Translations under genes and position numbers: made by a program | The notes under the pieces: generated by a model | What the model was told of the DNA's origin: nothing | The model's input: the letters and a program-made list of their open reading frames with translations, nothing else | Databases searched by the model: none | Part shown: piece by piece, positions 17,472-27,200 of the stretch | How the letters are laid out: every line of letters begins with the position of its first letter | Position numbering within the stretch: the first letter of the stretch is position 1 | Source of the DNA: a bacterium | GTDB taxonomy: Bacteria; 4484-113 | Direction: 5' to 3' | Assembly: GCA_029932365.1 (NCBI GenBank) | Contig: JAOZQG010000006.1 | Location: 1-44,510 of the forward strand | Length of the DNA: 44,510 nt

Positions 17472-17709
17472 GTGAAATGGTTAACAGTTCAGCATACTGG
17501 TCGTCACCGCTACGCTCATTGCACGAATGGACCTAACCTGCCGTATATCAGGGACGACCGAACCAATGCGTCAAGCTGCCCGCGTTCTTGAGGTCACCGC
17601 GCTAACACCCCGGGTCACGAATCGTAACGCTCTAAAGGCACCGGTCAGGCAGCAATCGCGCCTGAGCGAGTGACTTTGTAGCGGAGTCGCCTATCACGTG
17701 GCTGCTCGC

Positions 17710-17732
17710 TGACGGCGAACGACTCGCCGTCA
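17710..17732. terminator. Perfect 9-bp hairpin overlapping the stop codon of the 17730..18104 gene
   Basis: TGACGGCGA-ACGAC-TCGCCGTCA; no U tract, so terminator function is uncertain. Confidence 0.35.
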
Positions 17733-18104
17733 GGATTCTAATCCTTGTCCGGGCGTCGCCCGCCTGACTTTCAGCTCCACGCTCGTCGTTCTACCTACCC
17801 TGACGGATACGCTTTCAGGCGAGATGATATCCAGTTTGACACCGTTTACGTTCCGGACCTCAAAACCGTACGTCCCGGCTTCTACACCTTCGAAAATCGT
17901 AACACCCCGTTCGTTCACGTTCTGCGAATACTTCGCCTTGCCGCTTTCGTCGATCAGGCTCACGCTCACGTAGCCGTAAGTCCCGCCAGCTTCGTTATAA
18001 ACTTCTACCTTGATCACGCTCTTAATGTTGGCTCGGAGTTGCGCGCAGCCCACCACCGTCAGCAGCAACAGTGCGGCAACTGACAGGATCACAGAAATTC
18101 TCAT
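17730..18104 (-). CDS. Small lipoprotein with a carboxypeptidase-regulatory/prealbumin-like beta-sandwich
   Basis: Lipobox VVGC; pattern V.V.L.D..G......N..G...F..V.AGTY; SD GGAGG before ATG 18104. Confidence 0.75.
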   Translation of the reverse strand: MRISVILSVAALLLLTVVGCAQLRANIKSVIKVEVYNEAGGTYGYVSVSLIDESGKAKYSQNVNERGVTIFEGVEAGTYGFEVRNVNGVKLDIISPESVSVRVGRTTSVELKVRRATPGQGLES

Positions 18105-18128
18105 GGAAAAGCCTCCCAAAAACCAGGA

Positions 18129-19184
18129 TTACTCTATCAAAACATTGCCGCTACCGGAAACAACCTCGCCCAACCTGAGCAGCTTAATTTCGTTTTCATT
18201 CAACGAAAGCGCGGCTTCAGCCTGCTCGGGAGCGGCAATCAGTATGCATCCAATGCCCATATTGAACGTATTCCACATTTCCCGGTCGTCCACTCCCCCT
18301 GCTTCGGCGATGCGCTGAAACACAGGATACACGGGAATCGCCGAGCGGGTAATCCGCACGTCCAGACCAGAAGGCAGCATCCTGGCGGCGTTGCCCGGGA
18401 GGCCGCCGCCGCTGATATGAGCCACCGCCTTAATTTCAATTTCTGCCTTCAGCAGTATCTGCAGATGCCGGTAGTAGATGGTAGTAGGTTTCAGCAATTC
18501 TTCGGCCAGCGAACAACCCAGACGGTCGTCGCGCTTCAGCCAGTCGCGCTCCGGCAGCGACTCAAACGCCTTGCGCACCAGCGAGTAACCGTTGGAATGC
18601 ACCCCGTTTGAGGAAAACCCGAGCACGATATCACCTGCCACAACGCTTCCGCCGTCGATCCGGCGGCGAGAATCCACGACGCCCACGGCGAAACCTACGA
18701 GGTCATATTCGCCTTCACCGTAAACGTCCCCCATCTCGGCCAGCTCACCGCCGAGCAAAGAGCAGCCGCACTCCAGGCACCCGTCGCGCATGCCCGAAAC
18801 GAGCCGCTGGACAATTTTCGGGTCCAGCCTGTTGCATGCGATGTAGTCAAGAAAGAACAGGGGTGCCGCGCCCGTCGTGATAACATCATTTACGCTGACC
18901 GCTACAAGGTCCCGACCTACGTTCTCCCAGGCGTCGAAGCGCGCCGCGAGCTTCACTTTAGTGCCCACGCCGTCAGTCGAGGCCACCAGCACCGGGTCGT
19001 CGCACTGCTCGAAATCCGCTTTGTAAGCACCTCCGAACGCGCCTATTGCTGAGAGTACACGCGAGGTATGGGTCGCTTCTGCAAGCGGCTTGATAAGCTT
19101 GATTGCAGCGTCCTGCGCGGCTATCGATACGCCAGCCTGCTCGTAGGTCAGGCTGCGCTTCTTCAACGGTTCATCTCGTTCCAT
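18129..19184 (-). CDS. purM: Phosphoribosylformylglycinamidine cyclo-ligase
   Basis: TYEQAGV, STDGVGTK, PLFFLDY, GGELAEM, SNGVHSNGYSL, HISGGG, TFNMGIG; start at 19184 or 19199. Confidence 0.96.
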   Translation of the reverse strand: MERDEPLKKRSLTYEQAGVSIAAQDAAIKLIKPLAEATHTSRVLSAIGAFGGAYKADFEQCDDPVLVASTDGVGTKVKLAARFDAWENVGRDLVAVSVNDVITTGAAPLFFLDYIACNRLDPKIVQRLVSGMRDGCLECGCSLLGGELAEMGDVYGEGEYDLVGFAVGVVDSRRRIDGGSVVAGDIVLGFSSNGVHSNGYSLVRKAFESLPERDWLKRDDRLGCSLAEELLKPTTIYYRHLQILLKAEIEIKAVAHISGGGLPGNAARMLPSGLDVRITRSAIPVYPVFQRIAEAGGVDDREMWNTFNMGIGCILIAAPEQAEAALSLNENEIKLLRLGEVVSGSGNVLIE

Positions 19185-19245
19185 AAGGCACGGCCCCACG
19201 GGGCTGTCATCAATTATATATTATACAGGTATGCCTTGATTGGAA

Positions 19246-20097
19246 TTAGAAGCTTGTGTAGTAAAACCTCTGGAGCCACTCAGCAAGCCTATCCAGACCG
19301 CCCAGGGCAAAGGTCCCAACTATAATCGCCGCTATGATAACCGCTAAGAAGCCGCCCAGAAGCGACCACGAGTCCTCCGAGCGGCGAAAAGCCTCAAAGC
19401 TGCGCCATTCAAACCTCCTCCAGCGCCCACGCCGTAACCACCGTCCGAGAATAAAAATGTAAGCCAGGACAAGCCAGCCTGCACCGATATAGATATAGCC
19501 GGCTATGACCGAAGGCTCCGAGCTGGACATCGGCAAAGACCCGGCCAGGTCCCAGGGGCGGTTCAGGAGCAAAAGCCCCACGTGGAAAAACGCTGTAGCC
19601 AAGACCGGCGGGCAGAAAAGACACACGCACACCGCCACACCGAATGCTCCTGCCGGAAGCCCTAGCTGTGCCAGCGGTATCAGGCCGAGCGTCAAAGGCA
19701 GCAAATACGGCCACGAAACGGGGCTCGCCATATACAACCCGCAAACCGGCCCAAAGGACTGCTCGCGCAGGAAATCCTCGTTATCTCTTGATAGCGGAAT
19801 GCCCCGGCCGACGAGCCTCTTTGCTCCGCTTCGAGCATCCGTGTCCTCGGGGAAAGGCGCAGCACGGTCGGCAGATTCCCCGGGCCGACCCGCGTCGGCG
19901 CCCAGGCCGGTTTTGCTGTCCCGGAATGCCTTCTTCGCGCCTGCTCTCACATCATCTTGGGAAGTACGGCTACCGGACGTCCTGCTACGTTTTTCCTCCA
20001 GGCGTTTTAACCTGTCTCCGAGAAAATCGCCGGGCGCGCGTGCACGACCGGCACGGTCACCGGTCCCACCTTTCACCGGTCGTTTCTCTTCGTCCAC
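19246..20097 (-). CDS. Hypothetical membrane protein (charged N-terminus, about 4 TM helices)
   Basis: SD GAGGTG before GTG 20097; hydrophobic segments in the C-terminal half. Confidence 0.65.
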   Translation of the reverse strand: MDEEKRPVKGGTGDRAGRARAPGDFLGDRLKRLEEKRSRTSGSRTSQDDVRAGAKKAFRDSKTGLGADAGRPGESADRAAPFPEDTDARSGAKRLVGRGIPLSRDNEDFLREQSFGPVCGLYMASPVSWPYLLPLTLGLIPLAQLGLPAGAFGVAVCVCLFCPPVLATAFFHVGLLLLNRPWDLAGSLPMSSSEPSVIAGYIYIGAGWLVLAYIFILGRWLRRGRWRRFEWRSFEAFRRSEDSWSLLGGFLAVIIAAIIVGTFALGGLDRLAEWLQRFYYTSF

Positions 20098-20115
20098 CGG
20101 ACTGTCACCTCGCAA

Positions 20116-20505
20116 CTATCTCAAACGCCAGAAGTGCGCAAGCACAATCAGCGGAAAAACCGGCGAACACAGAGCCAGCAGCAACATCCCCAGGCAGCCG
20201 GTCTTCGCCTTGGGTGTTTTCTTGGTTTCCACTAACTCTTCGGTTCTAGCTTTATACTCCTTAGCCTTTTTAGTTGCCTGCTTGGCGGCGTCCCACGGCT
20301 GCGGAGCACCGGTGTCCTTGCGCTTGTACTGCTTACGCTCGAAATGAGCGCCTTCCCCCGGCTTGAGCGGGCGCCCGCTGAATTTGGAAGCTTCATCGGC
20401 CCGATCCTGTTCCGTTTTGGTGGATTTCTTGATAACGCTTTCGTCAGGCGCGCGAATCGGCTTTCGTCGTTTAGAAGTACCCCCCGAGTTTCGACGTTCT
20501 TCCAT
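20116..20505 (-). CDS. Hypothetical basic protein with a C-terminal membrane anchor
   Basis: SD GGAGGT; K/R-rich body, then KTGCLGMLLLAL... Confidence 0.65.
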   Translation of the reverse strand: MEERRNSGGTSKRRKPIRAPDESVIKKSTKTEQDRADEASKFSGRPLKPGEGAHFERKQYKRKDTGAPQPWDAAKQATKKAKEYKARTEELVETKKTPKAKTGCLGMLLLALCSPVFPLIVLAHFWRLR

Positions 20506-20613
20506 CTCCGACCTCCGAAACCCACTTGCTGGATTCGCTATTAGTATAGCACTGCCAAGGACAGCTTGAGAAGTCTGTTGGCAGAGCTCTTTCCGTATGG
20601 TAAACTGAATGTG

Positions 20614-21042
20614 ATGGCAAGGGAGGCTGTTGAAAAGCTCTGCCGGCGCCTGGCCGAGGAACGGGCGCGCACTCTGCGCACTATCGGGCAGGCGATAGAA
20701 GAGGACGACTTGCTAAAACCTTCCGGCACCGAGGACCTCAGCGTCCTGGACATCCTGGAGCGCATTGCCGCTTCGGATAGCGAGCTGACTGCGGGCGTTG
20801 TCCCGCTGAAAGGCGTCTCGCCGGTGGGCCCGTTTCTGCACCCGCTGTACTTCATTCGCGTGGCCTCGGAGGGGCGCGGCAGGCTCCTAACCGAGCTTTC
20901 ACAAATGACGGACGACGACCTGGACCGCCCCTACCGAGATACAGGCATGACCGTGCGCGAGGTCGTTGAAGAGCTAATCGACGATGAGTGCGAGCATTTG
21001 CGCCCGGCGCTTGAACGCTACATCGAATCAAAGGGCAACTAG
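20614..21042 (+). CDS. DinB-like helical protein
   Basis: LSVLDIL.RIA, L..MTDDDLDRP, MTVREVVEELIDDECEH; start revised to ATG 20614 after TGGTAAACT. Confidence 0.65.
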   Translation: MAREAVEKLCRRLAEERARTLRTIGQAIEEDDLLKPSGTEDLSVLDILERIAASDSELTAGVVPLKGVSPVGPFLHPLYFIRVASEGRGRLLTELSQMTDDDLDRPYRDTGMTVREVVEELIDDECEHLRPALERYIESKGN

Positions 21043-21147
21043 GCGGGAGTTCTCCCTAGAGCTTTCTCCTATCATCCTGCATTCATACGCTTGCGCACGG
21101 GGACGTTTACTCCGCAGCCGCCCGCTCAAAAGCGTTACAGCGCAGCC

Positions 21148-22953
21148 TTACGCGAGGTTCTTGATTACAAAGCCACCGAAGGCGTCATCGTCGCGTTCAA
21201 GCTCCAGTTTGCGCGCGCCGGCCGTGGCGTAGGTCATCCCCGGCATCTCAAAGACGCTTCCGCACATCGCCACAATCCAGCCGGGTCCGCCCGCGTAACG
21301 AACCTTTGTTACCGTTATCGGCCTTCCGGTCGGGTCGCCTCGGTATTTCGCATCGTCGGTGATTGAATACTGCGTTTTGCTCATGCACACGTTGAGCATC
21401 GGTTCGTGCAGAGCTTCAATGGACGCCATAGCAGAGTCGACGCCGCGACCGTACCGCACTTCTCCGGCGCGGTAGATTTCGCGCGCGATGGTCTCAATTA
21501 TGCCCTTGAGATTCATCGTGCGCGGGTAAAGCAGGCGGAAATCCCTGGCGGTCTTTTCGTGGGTCATGCTAATGGTGTCAAGAACGGTTGCGGCCAGCTC
21601 TTCGGTTCCCTTAGGGCCGTCCGCATAGCCTGAATGAACCTCGCAGGGCACGCCGATTTCGTCGCGCACGTACCCGACTATCGCATCCAGTTCGGCCTCG
21701 GTGTTGAAGCTGAAGCGGTTCACCGCAACGACAACCGGTATGTTGTACTTGCGCAGGTTCTCCACGTGTATGCGCAGATTCCACATACCAGCCAGGCAGC
21801 CTTTAACGCTCTCGGGGAAGCGGAAAAGCCGCTGCTCCCGCTTGGTCTTGCCGACAGGCTCCATCCCCCCCTGGTATTTCAGGTCGCGCGTCGAGCAGAC
21901 GATGACGGCGCAGGATGGGTGCCGCCCGGTGGTCCGGCAGACGATATCGAGGAACTTCTGCGCGCCAAGGTCGGCTGCGAAGCCGCCTTCGGTGACCACG
22001 TAATCGCAGGCCTTCACCGCCGTCTCCAGCGCCACCACCGACGAGTTACCGTGCGCGATATTGGCGAACGGGCCGGTGTGTATGAAGACGCCGTTGCCGG
22101 CCAGCGTCTGCACCAGGTTGGGATTGAACGCGTGCAGCAGGATGGAAAGCAGCGCGCCGACGGCATCAATCTTCTGCGCAGTAATTAGCTCGCCCCGCTG
22201 GTATTCACCCACGACGATGCGGCCCAGCCGGCGGCGCAGGTCGTCCATGCTGGTCGCCAGGCCCAGCGTGGCCATCACTTCGCTGGCGGCGGTAATCACA
22301 TAGCGCGATTTCAGCCGCAGACTCTCGTCAACGTACTTGCCGGATGCCGACAGGTGTATCTGGCGAACACTGCGGTCAACCATATCCACCGCGCGCGGCC
22401 ACCAGACCTTCTTCAGATTCACCTTGTGCCTGTTTTTTCCCTCATAGGCGTAAGCCATAAGCATGGCGAACAGCAGATTGTGCGCTGCGCCGACTGCGTG
22501 AATGTCGCCGGTAAAGTGCATGTTGATGTCTTCCATGGGGATGACCTGCGAGTAGCCGCCTCCGGCGGCGCCGCCCTTCATCCCCAGCACGGGGCCCATT
22601 GAGGGCTCGCGCAGCACGGCGGTGGCCTTCTGTTTGGGACTGCCCTTGCGCCCCAGGACGCGGTTCATCGCGTCGGTCAGCGCTATGGTGGTCAGCGTCT
22701 TGCCGCTGCCCCTGGGCGTGGGAGTCATCGCCGTGGTGATGATGATGTGGCCGTCGGCGCGGCGTTTGAGATGACGCTGCACCTGGGTACCGTCAATCTT
22801 GGCGATGCGGTTGCCGTAAGAGTAGAATTCCTCCGGGTCGGTGGGTAAGCCCATATCACCCGCCACCTGTTCAATGGAACGGGCGTTGGCCAGCGCATCG
22901 GCTGCTATCAAGTAGCTCGGGGGCGTGGGATGCTTGATTCTGATCACGGGCAA
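21148..22953 (-). CDS. fhs: Formate--tetrahydrofolate ligase (divergent)
   Basis: LREPSMGP, KGGAAGGGYSQV, INMHFTGDIHA, GPFANIAHG, TEGGFAADLGAQKF, CMSKTQYS, MPG. Confidence 0.94.
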   Translation of the reverse strand: MPVIRIKHPTPPSYLIAADALANARSIEQVAGDMGLPTDPEEFYSYGNRIAKIDGTQVQRHLKRRADGHIIITTAMTPTPRGSGKTLTTIALTDAMNRVLGRKGSPKQKATAVLREPSMGPVLGMKGGAAGGGYSQVIPMEDINMHFTGDIHAVGAAHNLLFAMLMAYAYEGKNRHKVNLKKVWWPRAVDMVDRSVRQIHLSASGKYVDESLRLKSRYVITAASEVMATLGLATSMDDLRRRLGRIVVGEYQRGELITAQKIDAVGALLSILLHAFNPNLVQTLAGNGVFIHTGPFANIAHGNSSVVALETAVKACDYVVTEGGFAADLGAQKFLDIVCRTTGRHPSCAVIVCSTRDLKYQGGMEPVGKTKREQRLFRFPESVKGCLAGMWNLRIHVENLRKYNIPVVVAVNRFSFNTEAELDAIVGYVRDEIGVPCEVHSGYADGPKGTEELAATVLDTISMTHEKTARDFRLLYPRTMNLKGIIETIAREIYRAGEVRYGRGVDSAMASIEALHEPMLNVCMSKTQYSITDDAKYRGDPTGRPITVTKVRYAGGPGWIVAMCGSVFEMPGMTYATAGARKLELERDDDAFGGFVIKNLA

Positions 22954-23033
22954 ACTCCTCGCCTGTGGTATTGTCGGCGGTCTTCATTATAGAATATAGC
23001 CGCTTTACCTGAAACAACGGACGGGAGGATACT

Positions 23034-23549
23034 ATGAACAACACGCATCATCCGGGTCCGCCCGGGACAAGCGAGCTTCTGGCGCGGCAGTTCCAGTTCG
23101 CCCGCGATTCGACCATTACGCTGCTGCATGAGTTCGACGAGGAAACCGCGCGCTGGCGTCCCACGCCGCATAACAACAACGCGCTGTGGCTGGCGGGACA
23201 CTTGCTCATCTCCAATGACGAGATGAGGGAAGCCCTGGGATTCCCCAAGCGGGACCAGGGACCTCAGGTAGACCCAGACTTCAACATCGGCGGCTTCTTC
23301 CACGAAGACAGGGACTACCCGTCCTTCGCTGAGTTCTCTAACGCGCTCATTGCGGAAAGGGACAATCTTATTGCAGCCATCAAAGGAATGTCCGCGGAAG
23401 ACCTGGCCAGACCGACAGAGGGGCCGCTGGCGGAGCTCTGCCCCACGCTCACCGACCTGGTTTCGCTGATAATCGCGCACGAGAACATCCACAACGGGCA
23501 GATGTATTTCCTGCGTCGGGGACTGGGCAAAGAACCACTGATAAAATGA
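23034..23549 (+). CDS. DinB family protein
   Basis: NNALWLAGHL and HENIHNGQ (His triad); SD GGGAGG. Confidence 0.85.
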   Translation: MNNTHHPGPPGTSELLARQFQFARDSTITLLHEFDEETARWRPTPHNNNALWLAGHLLISNDEMREALGFPKRDQGPQVDPDFNIGGFFHEDRDYPSFAEFSNALIAERDNLIAAIKGMSAEDLARPTEGPLAELCPTLTDLVSLIIAHENIHNGQMYFLRRGLGKEPLIK

Positions 23550-23552
23550 GTA

Positions 23553-24167
23553 GTGGACGCAAAGCAGCGGGAAAAATCGCGCTTCTTCGACCGCGTGGCT
23601 AGGGAATGGGCGACGCACGGCTATAGCATTGACGAGCTTCGTCGCGTGACGAGGCTTATCCGGCGCAGCAAAATCCAGCGCGGGATGCGCATCCTGGAGC
23701 CCGGCTGCGGGCCGGGCCTGATAACGCCGCTGATTGCGCAATGCGTGGGCCCCGGCGGGTATATCCTGGCGCTGGATATCAGCCCGGCTATGGTGGAGCA
23801 ATGCGAAAAGCGGACGTCGGACTTCCCGCAGGTGCGAGTGGAGCACGGCGCGATTGAGGATTTTACCGCGCACGAGGGCGAGTTCGACTGCGTGTTCTGC
23901 TTCAACTCGTTTCCCCACTTCACCGACCGCGAAAAGGCGTTGCATGTGGCCGCACGTTGCCTTAGGCCCGGCGGAAGTTTCGTAATCGCACACAGCAATT
24001 CGCGCAAGCGGATAAACGAAATCCACATGCGGGTCGGCGACGCGGTAATGCACGATGCGCTGCCTAAGCCTCGCGAGCTGCAAAGGCTTGCCGAAGCGCA
24101 CGGTCTGCTCGTCACCGAAACCTGCGACGACGACGACAGCTTCCTTTTCTCCGCCGAGAAGCGATAG
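23553..24167 (+). CDS. Class I SAM-dependent methyltransferase
   Basis: FFDRVA..W, ILEPGCGPG, LDISPAMV, FNSFPHF, LRPGG. Confidence 0.9.
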   Translation: MDAKQREKSRFFDRVAREWATHGYSIDELRRVTRLIRRSKIQRGMRILEPGCGPGLITPLIAQCVGPGGYILALDISPAMVEQCEKRTSDFPQVRVEHGAIEDFTAHEGEFDCVFCFNSFPHFTDREKALHVAARCLRPGGSFVIAHSNSRKRINEIHMRVGDAVMHDALPKPRELQRLAEAHGLLVTETCDDDDSFLFSAEKR

Positions 24168-24182
24168 GTAATCCGCGCACGA

Positions 24183-24191
24183 TGTTATAAT
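24183..24191 (+). promoter_or_regulatory. Extended -10 promoter for the 1095-aa lipoprotein gene
   Basis: TGTTATAAT about 65 nt upstream of ATG 24256. Confidence 0.55.
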
Positions 24192-24255
24192 CACCACGCC
24201 GGGAAGTGAACACAGGGGCGCATTTCCCCCACTAAGCTTTCAAGGGCTTTTACAG

Positions 24256-27200
24256 ATGAACAGGCACATCATCCTTCTGACACTGGCGATGTGCGGACTG
24301 GCGATTGCCGCGCTACTTGCGGCCTGCCAGAGCGTCGGTCCCACAGGAAAAGCGGTCAAACGCACCGAGCCGGAAAAGACCGCCGAAGAGCTGCGCGAAG
24401 CCGAGCACGGCCCCTCCGAGCAGCGCGCAATGGTAACGCGCTTCGGCAAGGAAGTGGTTTTCCGCCACTGCAAGGTCGTGTTCCCCACGGGCGCCTTCAG
24501 CGACGAAACCTACGTCACCATCAGCTTCCCCGAGGACGCGCCGGAGGGCTTCGTCGCCGAATCCGCTTACAGCGTTATGCCCGATACGATGCCGCTGGGC
24601 AAGCCGGCGATGCTGTCTTTGCACTACTTCGACGACGATCTGAAAGAAGGCGAGGACGAAAACGACATCCAGCTCGTCCGCCTGGTTGAAGGCATCTGGA
24701 TGCCGGTCGGAGATTTCACGCTGGACGTGTACAACAACATCGCAACGACCAGCGTCAAGCGGCTGGGAGTATTCGCGCTTATGGTCGTGCCCCGGCGCAC
24801 TCCGCTGATCAATGACCCGCCGGTCGCGCGAATTACTTACGAAATAGCGCTGCCCGGCGAGGAGAAGGAAGAACCGGCCGCTGAGGAAGAACCGGCAGCA
24901 GAAGAACACCCGATAACGAAAGATGAAATACTGGAAGAAACTGAAGCGGAAACTCCGGTCCGTGAGCCCGGCGTAGAAACCTCGGAGCCGATGGAACCGG
25001 AGAAAGAAACGCCGCCCGAAGCTTCTACAGGCGTTCCGGCGGTATCCGAGCCGGTGCCCATCGGCGCGGAAGAAGAAGTGCCGCCGGACGAGGATGGCGC
25101 GACTGAGAAAGGAGCGCCTGAACGCGCCGAACCAACCGATGAGCTTGAGGACAAGGAAGTCGTCGAGCCGAAAGACACTGAAGAAAGGCGCCGCCAGAGC
25201 TTCCTGGTGGAGACGCCGAAGGAACCAGCCAAACCGGAGCCAACCATCGGCGCAACCGTGGAGTTTTCGGGCGCCGATTCTTCCGATCCCGACGGCAGGA
25301 TACTGCGCTACATCTGGGACCTTAATGCCGACGGTGTGGCCGACTACGTTTCTGGCAGCCCCGAGGTCGCTCACGTTTACGAAGTATATGGGTCGCTGCT
25401 GGCCATTCTCCAGGTGGAGGACGACGCGCAACCCGCCGGAAGAGATGTGGCCTTCGCCACCTTTGAAATTCAGCGTGATCCGCTGGCTCCCAAGCTGCCC
25501 TTCAAGGTGAACTCGGTGGCCTTCCCTGCGGAAGTAAACAGCGGCGGCAAGGTAGTATTCGGCGCAGCCGCCACCGGGGGCGAACCCCCGTATGCTTTTG
25601 GCTGGACTTTCAGCGACGGCACCACCGCCGACGAACAGGCGGTCATCCTCGTGCCAGGCAAAGCGGGAGAGCTTACGGGCAATCTAACCGTAACCGATTC
25701 GTCGGGCAGAGCCGTCCAGAGAACGGTCTCGGCGACCGTCGTGCAGCCTTCGCGCGAGCCGGCAGAAAAGCCCGAAGTGAAGGTGCAGCCCAACCGGGTC
25801 TATCTCGACGTTCCCGGAAAGGTGCAGTTTGAAGCCACGGTGAGCGGCGGCCGCGAGCCGGTGACGCTGCTGGTGGACCCGGGCTTCGGTGAACCGTTGA
25901 GTACGAAAGACAAGGCCTTTACGCTGAGCTTCGCCAACGCCGGATACTATGTCGTCACCATTACCGCAACCGACCGCACGGGCCGAGGGGCAAAGACTTT
26001 CGTGCCCGTCGCAGTAACGCCGGGTGAAGTCGGCGTCTCGGGGGTCGACACCGGCACCGGCAGGCTCTCGTTCGCCTTTGAATACCAAAAAGACGGTTGG
26101 ACCGTAAGCTTCAAAGCCGCGGGCGCAGGCAAAAAGGCCAAACTGCACTGGGAGTTCGGTGACGGAACCGCGAGCGACGAGCGCAATCCAGGCAAAACCT
26201 ACGCGCGCGCAGACGAATACCGGGTGCGCCTTACCGTAGACGACGGATTCGAACGCCGCTTTGTAGAGCGGACGGTGCCCGTTGGCGGAGGCGAACTGGC
26301 AGCGGCGATTGACACTCCATCTACGGTGCGCGGCATGGTTCCGCTCAGCCTTACTCCGCAGGCCGTCGTCACAGGCGGCGAGTTCCCGTTGTTCTATCAC
26401 TGGAAGCTGGGCGAGCTTTTCAGCGAAGAAGAGTACCCCGAATTGGTGCTGACGAAGCCTGGCACTTACAAACTGCAGCTCACGGTCGGCGACGCCAGCG
26501 GCGACACCTACGACACATACCCGGTAACAATTAAAGCGAGCAAAACTCCCAAGAAATTCCGGTATCCGGTTGCGTACTTCGTCGAAACCGACGATGGTGA
26601 CATAGAAGTAAAGCTCTCCGAATACGACGGGAGCGGCGAATGCACCTTCACCCTGGGCCCGGAGAATCCCACCGGCGTCGCGCTGGCGCCCCAGGGCACC
26701 GCAATCGCCCTGCTCGCGGACAAGGGCTTTGTCGTATACGACCTGGCCGGCGGCCGCGAGATATTTAGCTTCACACCCAGCCGGGGTAGCATCAACGAAG
26801 TGCTACTCACCAGCGCGCAGGAGCTTTTCGCGTTCAACATTGAAGGCGACAAGGGCGTACGGGGCTACATCCGCAGCGAGGCTTCGGGCATCCTCCCGCT
26901 CAGCGACCGCATCGAACGTGTGGTTGACATAACGCCGGACGGCTCGGCGGTTCTCCTCGCGTCGGATAAGGGCGTCCGGATGTGTAAGGTGGACGTATTC
27001 ACTGGAGGCCTTAGCGACAGCGTCGAGCTTTTCGGCGAGGCGACAGAAGGAGTGCTTACTTCCGACGCCCGCAGCGCATTCCTTCTGGGGCTGGACGGCG
27101 ACGTGTACCAGGTGGAGACCGAAACGGGCGAGCAATGGCGGCTGACCCACGACGGGACGGCGAAACACTCCCTTCAGATAAGCGACGACGGTAAAACTAT

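Noticed and set aside
22944-24197. 417-aa minus-strand ORF
   Set aside because: Antisense to the well-supported DinB and methyltransferase genes.
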